Shown: in pieces, positions 9,726 through 16,940 of the stretch
How positions within the stretch are numbered: the first letter of the stretch is position 1
Layout: every line of letters starts with the position of its first letter
Assembly (NCBI GenBank): GCA_002770955.1
Contig: PCUH01000117.1
Span: forward strand, 1,657 to 44,186
Source: Flavobacteriales bacterium CG18_big_fil_WC_8_21_14_2_50_32_9
Lineage (GTDB): Bacteria > Bacteroidota > Bacteroidia > Flavobacteriales_E > Vicingaceae
Length of the DNA: 42,530 bases
Direction: 5' to 3'
Translations under genes and position numbers: made by a program
The notes under the pieces: model-generated
The model's input: only the letters and a program-made list of their open reading frames with translations
The model's database searches: none
Told to the model about the DNA's origin: nothing

Positions 9726-11057
9726 ATGAACCTCCTTAAATCACTTTATATAAATAATTTATTCTTCTATTTAATTATTGGAATTGTTGCTTTATCTGTT
9801 TTCGGATTTATTTTTTATATCCTATTTTTTATTGCTCAATTGCTATTTATTGGTTTGATTGTATTGCTAGTTATAGATATTTTTCTATTGTTTAAACATA
9901 AAAATGCTTTAGTAGCCCAACGAAACACCATGGACAAACTTTCTAATGGCGATGAAAATGAAATAACCATACTAGTAGAAAACAATTATCCCTTTCCTGT
10001 TCATTTAGAAATTATTGATGAACTCCCCTATCAGTTTCAAGTCAGGAACACTTCGTTTGAATTAACACTGAAAAGTGGAGCAAAAAAAATGATTACCTAC
10101 CCACTTCGACCAACCGCTAGAGGCGAATATGAATTTGGTGCAATAAATTGCTTTGCTTCTTCAAAAATTGGACTTATTTCAAGAAAAATGCAATTTAGTG
10201 AACACGCAAAAGTGCCTGTTTATCCTTCATTTATTCAGATGCGACATTTTGAATTGTTGGCTTTCTCCAACCGATTAACACAAGCAGGAATTAAAAAAAT
10301 TAGAAAAATTGGAAGAAATACTGAATTTGAAAAAATCAATGAATATGTTGCTGGTGATGATTTTAAAACCATAAATTGGAAAGCCACAGCAAGAAAAGAT
10401 AAACTGATGGTGAACCAATATCAAGAAGAAAAATCACAAAATGTATATAGCATTATTGATATGGGAAGAGCTATGAAAATGCCTTTCAAAGGACTAACAT
10501 TGATGGATTATGCAATTAATGCTTCATTGGTAATTTCTAATATCATCATAAAAAAATATGACAAAGCGGGCTTAATTACTTTCAACAATAAACTAAAAAG
10601 TGTGCTAAAAGCAGAACACAAATCTTCGCACATTCAAAAAATAATGGATTTGCTCTATAGCCAAAAAACAGGTTATGCTGAAAGTAATTTTGAGGAACTT
10701 TACACCACTATAAAATATAAACTTAACCAGCGAAGTTTGCTATTGCTTTATACCAACTTTGAAACCATTGATAGTTTGCAACGGCAAATGAAATACTTGA
10801 GAGGCATAGCAAAAAACCATTTGTTGGTAGTAATTTTTTTTGAAAACACAGAACTAACAACCCTTGCAACAAAAATAGCCAACACCACCGAAGAAATTTA
10901 TTTTCAAACCATAGCTGAAAAATTTGCTTACGAGAAAAAAATAATTTTAAAACAGCTTCAAAACAATGGCATACAAGCTATTTATACTTCTCCAGAAGAT
11001 CTTACAATAAACAGTATAAATAAATACTTAGAAATTAAAGCAAGGCAACTGTTGTAA
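9726..11057 (+). CDS. DUF58 domain protein (vWA-like partner of MoxR)
   Basis: Two N-terminal TM helices, then EFEKINEYVAGDDFKTINWKATARKDKLMVNQYQEE, the conserved DUF58 core. It lies immediately downstream of MoxR. Confidence 0.85.
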   Translation: MNLLKSLYINNLFFYLIIGIVALSVFGFIFYILFFIAQLLFIGLIVLLVIDIFLLFKHKNALVAQRNTMDKLSNGDENEITILVENNYPFPVHLEIIDELPYQFQVRNTSFELTLKSGAKKMITYPLRPTARGEYEFGAINCFASSKIGLISRKMQFSEHAKVPVYPSFIQMRHFELLAFSNRLTQAGIKKIRKIGRNTEFEKINEYVAGDDFKTINWKATARKDKLMVNQYQEEKSQNVYSIIDMGRAMKMPFKGLTLMDYAINASLVISNIIIKKYDKAGLITFNNKLKSVLKAEHKSSHIQKIMDLLYSQKTGYAESNFEELYTTIKYKLNQRSLLLLYTNFETIDSLQRQMKYLRGIAKNHLLVVIFFENTELTTLATKIANTTEEIYFQTIAEKFAYEKKIILKQLQNNGIQAIYTSPEDLTINSINKYLEIKARQLL

Positions 11058-11178
11058 GGATTAAAAACAGTACTGATAAATTTGCAAAACATAAAAACCC
11101 ATTGGGTTGATTTGTAAACTATTTTTTATATATTTGAATAAAAATAAAATGTTTCCATTAAAAAAATCAAAATAAGAT

Positions 11179-12804
11179 ATGAAAAATGTTTTTTATTTTT
11201 TATCGATACTTTCTTTTTTGACTTCATCTTTAAGTTTTTCACAAAATATTGATTGGGGATTTAAAATTGGCGGTTCTTATGAGGATAGGGCACTTGATAT
11301 AGTTAAGGATTCTTTAGGAAATATTTATATAACAGGTGGGATTTCAAACTCAGTTAATTTCAACCCTAATAGTAATCCTTTTTGGATTAATGCTGTTGGA
11401 CAAAATTCAAGTGATGTATATATTGCAAAATACAATAAAGATTTTGTGCTGTTATGGGGATTTTCAATAGGCAGTAATTCTTGGGAAACAGGTGCGAAAT
11501 TAATAGTTGATGACTCCTTAAATGTTTATTTGATAGGTGAAGGTTTTGGAAATATTGACTTTGATCCAACAACTGGAAATTATTTTCATGATTGCTCTCC
11601 TTCTAATGCATTCATTGCAAAATACGATAAAAACGGTGTTTTCAAAGCTGTACATAGTATCCCATCAATTAGTATGTACCCACCAAATGCTAATATTTAT
11701 CAAGATAATCAAAATAATATATTCACTTATTCTAATGATACTTTATCTAAATTTAATATTAATCTGCAATTAATATGGAAAAAAAGAATTTCTGGACAAC
11801 CTGAACTTTTTGATAAAAAAGATTTTTATGCCATTCAGAATTTTAAAACCCCATTTTATTCTTCTAATTACGGTCAGCTAAATATAGCACTTGAAAAATA
11901 TGATAACATTAATGGTAATATCATTTTCACAAAACAATACGCTCTTTCCACTGGATTTGTTAATGGTGGGATAATAAAAAAAACAAAAAATAGTAAACTA
12001 ATCATTTCTGGAAAGTTTTGGGGAAATTTATCTTTATATGGAAATAATGACACTATTTCTTTATCAAATTCAGATATGGGTAATGGTCCTTGGGGTCAAT
12101 ATCCTATAGATAGGGAATTTATTGCAATGTATGACACGTTGCATAACATATATTGGGCTAAAGCTTTTGATAATCTAAGCCCTGAGCCTTATATTATTGA
12201 AACTGATATTAATGGCAATATTTACACTTTAGGGTTTTTAAATTTCAATGCTAATTTTGATCCTAACAACAATGTACAACTGACTAATAATGGATATGGA
12301 AACTATGTTGCTAAATACGACAGTAATTTTACATATTGTGCAGCTTCACAATTTTTGGGAGGTAGTTACAATGACTTCATTGGTGGTTTTAAATTACAGA
12401 ATGATACAGCGGTAATGTGTGGTCATTTCTTTAATACTATAGACTTAGATTTAACATCTTCATCGTTTTTATTGTCCGAAAGTCCTCCTGAAAATATTTT
12501 TGTAGCTAAATATTCTAATTTTAATATTGTTACAAATCCTGCGTCAGTTTCAGAAAATATTACAAATTCACTAAATGTTAATATCTTTCCTAATCCTTCT
12601 AATGGTGTTTTTGGATTGAATATAAATTCGATTACTAAAAATATTAAAATAATGATTTATGATTTAAGAGGTAGAATTATACTTTCAAAAATTATAAATG
12701 AAAATTTTATAAAAATTGATTTATCTAATTATCCATCATCAATTTACATTCTTAATATTGAAACCGAAAATTCAATAATTTCAAAGAAGATTATTAAAAA
12801 TTAA
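11179..12804 (+). CDS. Secreted beta-propeller (SBBP-like repeats) protein with T9SS C-terminal sorting domain
   Basis: Signal peptide MKNVFYFLSILSFLTSSLSFSQ and repeated D..GNIY..G motifs. The C-terminal ~80 aa (NIFPNPSNGVFGLNI...IYDLRGRII...YILNIETENSIISKKIIKN) form a type A Por/T9SS tail. Confidence 0.85.
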   Translation: MKNVFYFLSILSFLTSSLSFSQNIDWGFKIGGSYEDRALDIVKDSLGNIYITGGISNSVNFNPNSNPFWINAVGQNSSDVYIAKYNKDFVLLWGFSIGSNSWETGAKLIVDDSLNVYLIGEGFGNIDFDPTTGNYFHDCSPSNAFIAKYDKNGVFKAVHSIPSISMYPPNANIYQDNQNNIFTYSNDTLSKFNINLQLIWKKRISGQPELFDKKDFYAIQNFKTPFYSSNYGQLNIALEKYDNINGNIIFTKQYALSTGFVNGGIIKKTKNSKLIISGKFWGNLSLYGNNDTISLSNSDMGNGPWGQYPIDREFIAMYDTLHNIYWAKAFDNLSPEPYIIETDINGNIYTLGFLNFNANFDPNNNVQLTNNGYGNYVAKYDSNFTYCAASQFLGGSYNDFIGGFKLQNDTAVMCGHFFNTIDLDLTSSSFLLSESPPENIFVAKYSNFNIVTNPASVSENITNSLNVNIFPNPSNGVFGLNINSITKNIKIMIYDLRGRIILSKIINENFIKIDLSNYPSSIYILNIETENSIISKKIIKN

Positions 12805-12874
12805 CCCTTTTTCCAAGGTTAGCACTCAAACACCAAACAAAGAACTTTTTTGTTGCCAGACAAAAAAAAAAGAA

Positions 12875-13054
12875 ATGAATGAAAAATATGAAATTGAACA
12901 AGGATATCAACTATTCATCTTTAAGATTGAAGACTACTCGAATGATGTAGTAATTGCAGCCAAACATGTCACGTTTAATACGAACACAGTATACTACTAC
13001 GAAAGACCTAACCTTAAAGAAAAAGAAAGAATAGCCGACTTTGTGAATAAATAA
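12875..13054 (+). CDS. Hypothetical 59-aa ORF (below the ORF-track cut-off)
   Basis: ATG..TAA ORF: MNEKYEIEQGYQLFIFKIEDYSNDVVIAAKHVTFNTNTVYYYERPNLKEKERIADFVNK. No recognisable family. It is the only open frame in an otherwise ORF-poor 0.5 kb. Confidence 0.25.
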   Translation: MNEKYEIEQGYQLFIFKIEDYSNDVVIAAKHVTFNTNTVYYYERPNLKEKERIADFVNK

Positions 13055-13278
13055 AACACCCCATAATCAAATAGATGGCTCCACCAGATAAACTGGCAGA
13101 GCACACCAAATTTGTGCAATTTTAACAAAGTGTAACTCGTTCTGATAATAACAAACTTTTATCATGAGTTAAAAACTTACAGTAGAAAATGGCACAAAAC
13201 TGGCTATTTTTCAGATACTTGACCTTTATGCAATTTCACCAAACTGAATACCAACAAAGAACATCACTGAAAAAATTG

Positions 13279-13286
13279 TACATTTG
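13279..13286 (+). promoter_or_regulatory. Candidate Bacteroidota -7 promoter box (TAcaTTTG) for the endonuclease gene
   Basis: Matches the TAnnTTTG consensus and lies 31 nt upstream of the ATG at 13317. Confidence 0.3.
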
Positions 13287-13316
13287 CGACAATGAAAAAA
13301 TAAAATTAAAATAAGA

Positions 13317-14006
13317 ATGACAGAAAAGAAAAAGGTTACAGCGAATGAAATTTATGATTTGTTGTTGAACGAATTTAAAATAAAAGAACAAATCGGAAGC
13401 GTTTAAATTATTCTTGGTGGAATTTCTGCAAAATACAACGGTAAAGACGCAATTGGCGACTTACTACAAGAATGGCTTGGCGAATGGTTAAAACAAAAGA
13501 ACTTTTATTTTAGATCCAGAGCAAACACACAAGAATTTCCAGACTTTTTACTTGCCAAAGACGATAAAAGTGGCTTTTTAGAAATCAAAACATTCAATGC
13601 AAATGCTACACCAGCATTTGATATTGCAAATTTTGACTCTTATAATAAATCTTTGCTTATCAAGCCTGAAAGACTTGATGCAGATTATTTGATTTTTGGT
13701 TACAAAATGGTTGATTCTGTTTTGAGCATAGACAATTTATGGCTTATGAAAGTTTGGGAAATGGCAGGGACTTCGGGAGCAAATCCTGTAAATATGCAAA
13801 CTAAAAATAGCCAACCATATAATTTAAGACCGATAAAATGGTATGCAAAAAACCCAAAGAATAAACCATTTGCGAACAAAATCACTTTTCTAAATGCCAT
13901 TGCTGAAACACTTGAAAAATATTCACACAGCACAGGAAGTTACAGTAAAAATTGGTTAAAAAATGTGAAGAAAAAATATTTTGAAAACACAGGAATTAAA
14001 CTCTAA
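13317..14006 (+). pseudogene. Type II restriction endonuclease (PD-(D/E)xK-like), interrupted by an in-frame TAA at codon 30
   Basis: ATG at 13317 reads MTEKKKVTANEIYDLLLNEFKIKEQIGSV, then TAA (13404-13406). The same frame continues open to 14006 (IILGGISAKYNGKDAIGDLLQEW...FPDFLLAKDDKSGFLEIKTF...). The putative catalytic PD...EIK lies upstream of the first canonical start after the stop (TTG at 13653). It is convergent with, and overlaps by 11 nt, a C5 methyltransferase. Confidence 0.6.
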
Positions 14007-15354
14007 CTCCTGCGTTTTCTGTTTCTAATATTTCGTACTCGTACACTTCCAACGCATCTAAAACTCTTTCGGCAACAGCTTTAATAACAGGAACAACAAC
14101 AGTATTTCCCAACAAATCAAAAGCTAAACTTTCTTTAACAGGTATTTCGTAATTTTCTGGGTATCCGAAAATTCTTAATCCTTCTCTTATTGTTAGTTTT
14201 CTAATTCCTTTACCATCGGGAACAACTATTTTAACCATATCGGTTGCTACCAATGTTGGTGCAATTTCAAACGGATTTAAAATTTTATTAACTTCAAAAC
14301 TTAATTTTCCAGTTACAATATTGTAGCCTTTTGGTTTTGTTTCATCATACACACGAGAAGTAATTGTACCATTTTCAGCAACTTCACTTATCAATTTTTT
14401 AGGGTGTTCAAACTTTATATAACCTTTTTCAACTAAATCATCCAAAAGTGCCTTTACGTCAACACTTTCAAACAAATTATTCGTTGGAAAAAATGACTGA
14501 ATTTGACTTAAAGTCAAAGGCATTCCATCCATCCAATCAATACCAATTTCACTTGCCCATTGCTTTTTTCTACGTTCTTTAAAAAGCCTATTCAATAAGT
14601 TTATTTGGTCTTTTGTGCATTCGCCTTTTACGCCAATATCCCAGCTATGAATATTGTTTTCGCCACCACGTTTGTCTTTAATGGATTTTCCGTAAAGTTC
14701 TTTAATCGTGAAATGTGAAAGTAATTTTTTAGTGAAATCGGTATTCATCGTTGGTTTGCCACTTTCTAAAACATCTTTCAAAACTTTAAAAGTTGGTTCA
14801 AAATTTTCTAATGATACTTTTTCGTTTTTTGTACCGACAATAAAAACACATTTTCTTGACTGAGGAACACCAAAATTTACACTATCTAAAACTTTCCAGG
14901 AAACTTGATAATCTAACTCATTTTCAAGTTTATCTAAAATTGTTTTAAGTGTTCTTCCTATTTCATCATATTTATTTTCTAAATCGTGTTTTACCAAACC
15001 TTCAACATTTTCAAGAATAAATCCTTTTGGTTGGTGGTATTTAATAATTCGTTCTATTTCAAAAAACAAAGTTCCTCTTGTATCGGCAAAACCATTGCGT
15101 TTTCCACTAGCACTAAACGGCTGACAAGGAAATCCACCAAACAAAAAATCAAATGGTGGAATATCTTCATTTTTAACTTGAAAAATATCGCCAACAAAAT
15201 TTTCGTGATGATGATTATGTTTTAGCGTTTCAATTGCATAAGGTTTGATTTCAGAAGTCAAAACACATTCTGTTTCAATTCCTCTTTCTTTACAGGCTTG
15301 CTCAAAACCAAGACGAATGCCACCAAGACCAGCGAATAAGTCAATAAATTTAAT
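13996..15354 (-). CDS. DNA (cytosine-5)-methyltransferase; canonical start codon missing before motif I
   Basis: Motif IV GGFPCQPFS, motif VI FILENVEGL, motif VIII PQSRKC and motif X LLGNTVVVPV are all in the 421-aa track ORF. Motif I (IKFIDLFAGLGGIRLGF) lies in the same frame upstream of the TTG at 15261. It is reachable only from ATT at 15354-15352, directly after the upstream TAA. Confidence 0.8.
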   Translation of the reverse strand: MKFIDLFAGLGGIRLGFEQACKERGIETECVLTSEIKPYAIETLKHNHHHENFVGDIFQVKNEDIPPFDFLFGGFPCQPFSASGKRNGFADTRGTLFFEIERIIKYHQPKGFILENVEGLVKHDLENKYDEIGRTLKTILDKLENELDYQVSWKVLDSVNFGVPQSRKCVFIVGTKNEKVSLENFEPTFKVLKDVLESGKPTMNTDFTKKLLSHFTIKELYGKSIKDKRGGENNIHSWDIGVKGECTKDQINLLNRLFKERRKKQWASEIGIDWMDGMPLTLSQIQSFFPTNNLFESVDVKALLDDLVEKGYIKFEHPKKLISEVAENGTITSRVYDETKPKGYNIVTGKLSFEVNKILNPFEIAPTLVATDMVKIVVPDGKGIRKLTIREGLRIFGYPENYEIPVKESLAFDLLGNTVVVPVIKAVAERVLDALEVYEYEILETENAGVRV

Positions 15355-15636
15355 TTAGTTCTCATCTTTCACAGTTTTATATTCAACATTTGGCTCCGCA
15401 ACCATCAAATTAGAACGATATTCTTCAACTTCTATTTTAGTGCAACCTATGACATATAAACATTGCATAAAAAAAGAAGCACTAAAAGTGCCACGACTAA
15501 TTTTACTGTCAACACTTGACTTCGTTTCAGTAAAACCGTTTTCGTTTAACAAAGTAGTTAAATCTTCGGTGGACAAACCTCTTTTAACTAACTCTGATTT
15601 GAGTATTCGTTTGACTTTATTGTTCCATTCAGACAT
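15355..15636 (-). CDS. Small HTH protein (DUF6471-like), putative controller of the R-M cassette
   Basis: MSEWNNKVKRILKSELVKRGLSTEDLTTLLNENGFTETKSSVDSKISRGTFSASFFMQCLYVIG matches the pattern of small HTH proteins often found next to methyltransferases. I prefer the ATG at 15636 over the TTG at 15660. Confidence 0.55.
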   Translation of the reverse strand: MSEWNNKVKRILKSELVKRGLSTEDLTTLLNENGFTETKSSVDSKISRGTFSASFFMQCLYVIGCTKIEVEEYRSNLMVAEPNVEYKTVKDEN

Positions 15637-15746
15637 ATCTTGACTTAAATTTATTTGCAAATATGAGAATAATAATTCAAATACGCAAAAATTAAAGCGA
15701 AAATGAAAAAATAATATTTTCTACAACAATGAAATTAGTATTTTTC

Positions 15747-15780
15747 AATTTATTGTTCGTATATTTGCGAACAATAAATT
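15747..15780 (+). promoter_or_regulatory. Operator/promoter: 13-bp inverted repeat flanking a TAtaTTTG -7 box, upstream of arsR-like gene
   Basis: aatttattgttcg-tatatttg-cgaacaataaatt has perfect 13-bp arms, and the 8-nt spacer is itself a TAnnTTTG match. It ends 10 nt before the ATG at 15790. Confidence 0.6.
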
Positions 15781-15789
15781 TATCAGCTT

Positions 15790-16095
15790 ATGCCAAATAC
15801 AAATAAATCAACTTATTTTACCACTGAACAAGAACAAACAGCACGGTTCGCAAAAGCATTAGGACATCCAGTTCGAATTGCGATATTGGAACTACTCAAT
15901 TCTCAATCGTGCTGTTTCCATGGCGATATGGCTGAAGTGCTGCCCATTGCAAAATCAACCCTTTCGCAACACTTAAAAGAACTCAAAGATGCTGGACTCA
16001 TTCAAGGAGATATTACACCTCCCTCAACAAAGTATTGCATTAATCGAGAAAGTTTCGCTCTTGCTAAATTATTAATAAACAAAGTATTAAAATAA
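15790..16095 (+). CDS. arsR: ArsR/SmtB-family metalloregulatory transcription factor
   Basis: FAKALGHPVRIAILELL...SCCFHGDMAEVLPIAKSTLSQHLKELKDAGLI is a winged-HTH with a CC pair before the recognition helix. Confidence 0.85.
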   Translation: MPNTNKSTYFTTEQEQTARFAKALGHPVRIAILELLNSQSCCFHGDMAEVLPIAKSTLSQHLKELKDAGLIQGDITPPSTKYCINRESFALAKLLINKVLK

Positions 16096-16109
16096 TTTTT
16101 TAAAAAAGT

Positions 16110-16158
16110 TGTTCGTAGATTTGCGAATTACGAATTAATGTTCGTATATTTGCGAACA
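16110..16158 (+). promoter_or_regulatory. Two tandem operator/promoter boxes upstream of the thioredoxin-rhodanese-permease genes
   Basis: 16139-16158 (tgttcgtatatttgcgaaca) is a 20/20 copy of 15754-15773. 16110-16129 (tgttcgtagatttgcgaatt) matches 17/20. Both embed a TAnnTTTG -7 box (16116-16123 and 16145-16152). Confidence 0.55.
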
Positions 16159-16180
16159 GAATAAATAAAACAAAAAAAAT

Positions 16181-16414
16181 ATGACCGAAATTAAAGTATT
16201 AGGACCAGGTTGCCCAAAGTGCAAAAACACCTACAGTAATGTGCTTGAAGCACTCAAACAAACCAACATTGAAGCAAATGTGGAGAAAATAGAAGACATC
16301 GAAGAAATGATGAAGTACAATATTTTAACCACACCAGTATTGATGATTAATGGTGAAATTAAAGTTAAAGGAAGAATTGCTCAAGTAAGTGAAATTGTTG
16401 AACTATTGAAATAA
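16181..16414 (+). CDS. Small thioredoxin-fold protein (redox-active disulfide protein 2 / glutaredoxin-like)
   Basis: 77 aa. Its N-terminal sequence is KVLGPGCPKCKNTY (CxxC motif), and TTPVLMINGE occurs later in the protein. This is the typical small partner of ArsR-linked DUF318 permeases. Confidence 0.8.
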   Translation: MTEIKVLGPGCPKCKNTYSNVLEALKQTNIEANVEKIEDIEEMMKYNILTTPVLMINGEIKVKGRIAQVSEIVELLK

Positions 16415-16493
16415 TTATGATTTACGATTTTATTAACTGTGAGCTTACAACCGTAAACAAAATAAAAATTTTAAACTCAAAACTAAATAAAAA

Positions 16494-16883
16494 ATGGAAA
16501 ATCAAACTTTAGTTAAAGAAATTTGCCCAACTACTACACAAAGTTGGATAAAAAAAGGTGCATTATTAGTAGATGTTCGTGAAAAAGATGAGGTAACAGA
16601 ATTGGCTTTTGATGTGCTAAACATCATCAACATTCCATTAAGCGAATTTGAAAATCGTTATAATGAAATATCTAAAGATAAAGATGTTGTTATGGTTTGC
16701 AGAAGTGGTAACAGAAGTTTAAGAGCTGCTGGATTTCTTATCAACAACGGTTACAATGCCGAAAAAGTAGTGAATATGCAACATGGAATTATCCGTTGGG
16801 TTGAAAAAGGATTTCCAACAAAAGGAAATACTTCTATTGCCTCTGGAGGAGATTCTTGTTGTTCTTCTTCAGGCTGTTGTTAA
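16494..16883 (+). CDS. Rhodanese-domain sulfurtransferase with Cys-rich C-terminal tail
   Basis: Active-site loop VCRSGNRSLRAAGFL. The C-terminus is GGDSCCSSSGCC. Confidence 0.8.
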   Translation: MENQTLVKEICPTTTQSWIKKGALLVDVREKDEVTELAFDVLNIINIPLSEFENRYNEISKDKDVVMVCRSGNRSLRAAGFLINNGYNAEKVVNMQHGIIRWVEKGFPTKGNTSIASGGDSCCSSSGCC

Positions 16884-16940
16884 TGAATTACGAACTTCAA
16901 TAAAATCTCTTAATTCGTGATTTATAATTCGTAATTAACT

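Noticed and set aside
13075-13100. ggctccacca resembles a tRNA 3' end (acceptor stem plus CCA), which could mark an att site of an integrated island.
   Set aside because: No T-arm (GGTTCRAATCC-like) or matching acceptor 5' strand precedes it. No integrase is nearby, and no second copy was seen.
13653-14006. 117-aa track ORF as an independent gene.
   Set aside because: It is the C-terminal part of the longer same-frame endonuclease reading frame starting at 13317. It lacks the putative catalytic PD...EIK segment.
13404-15357. Two in-frame TAA codons in the R-M cassette (inside the nuclease; between HTH and methylase) might indicate stop-codon reassignment or programmed read-through.
   Set aside because: TAA is the ordinary terminator of most well-supported genes in this window (for example at 2455, 5762, 6730, 12804 and 16095). 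Reassignment is therefore implausible. Decay or coupling explains both cases more simply.
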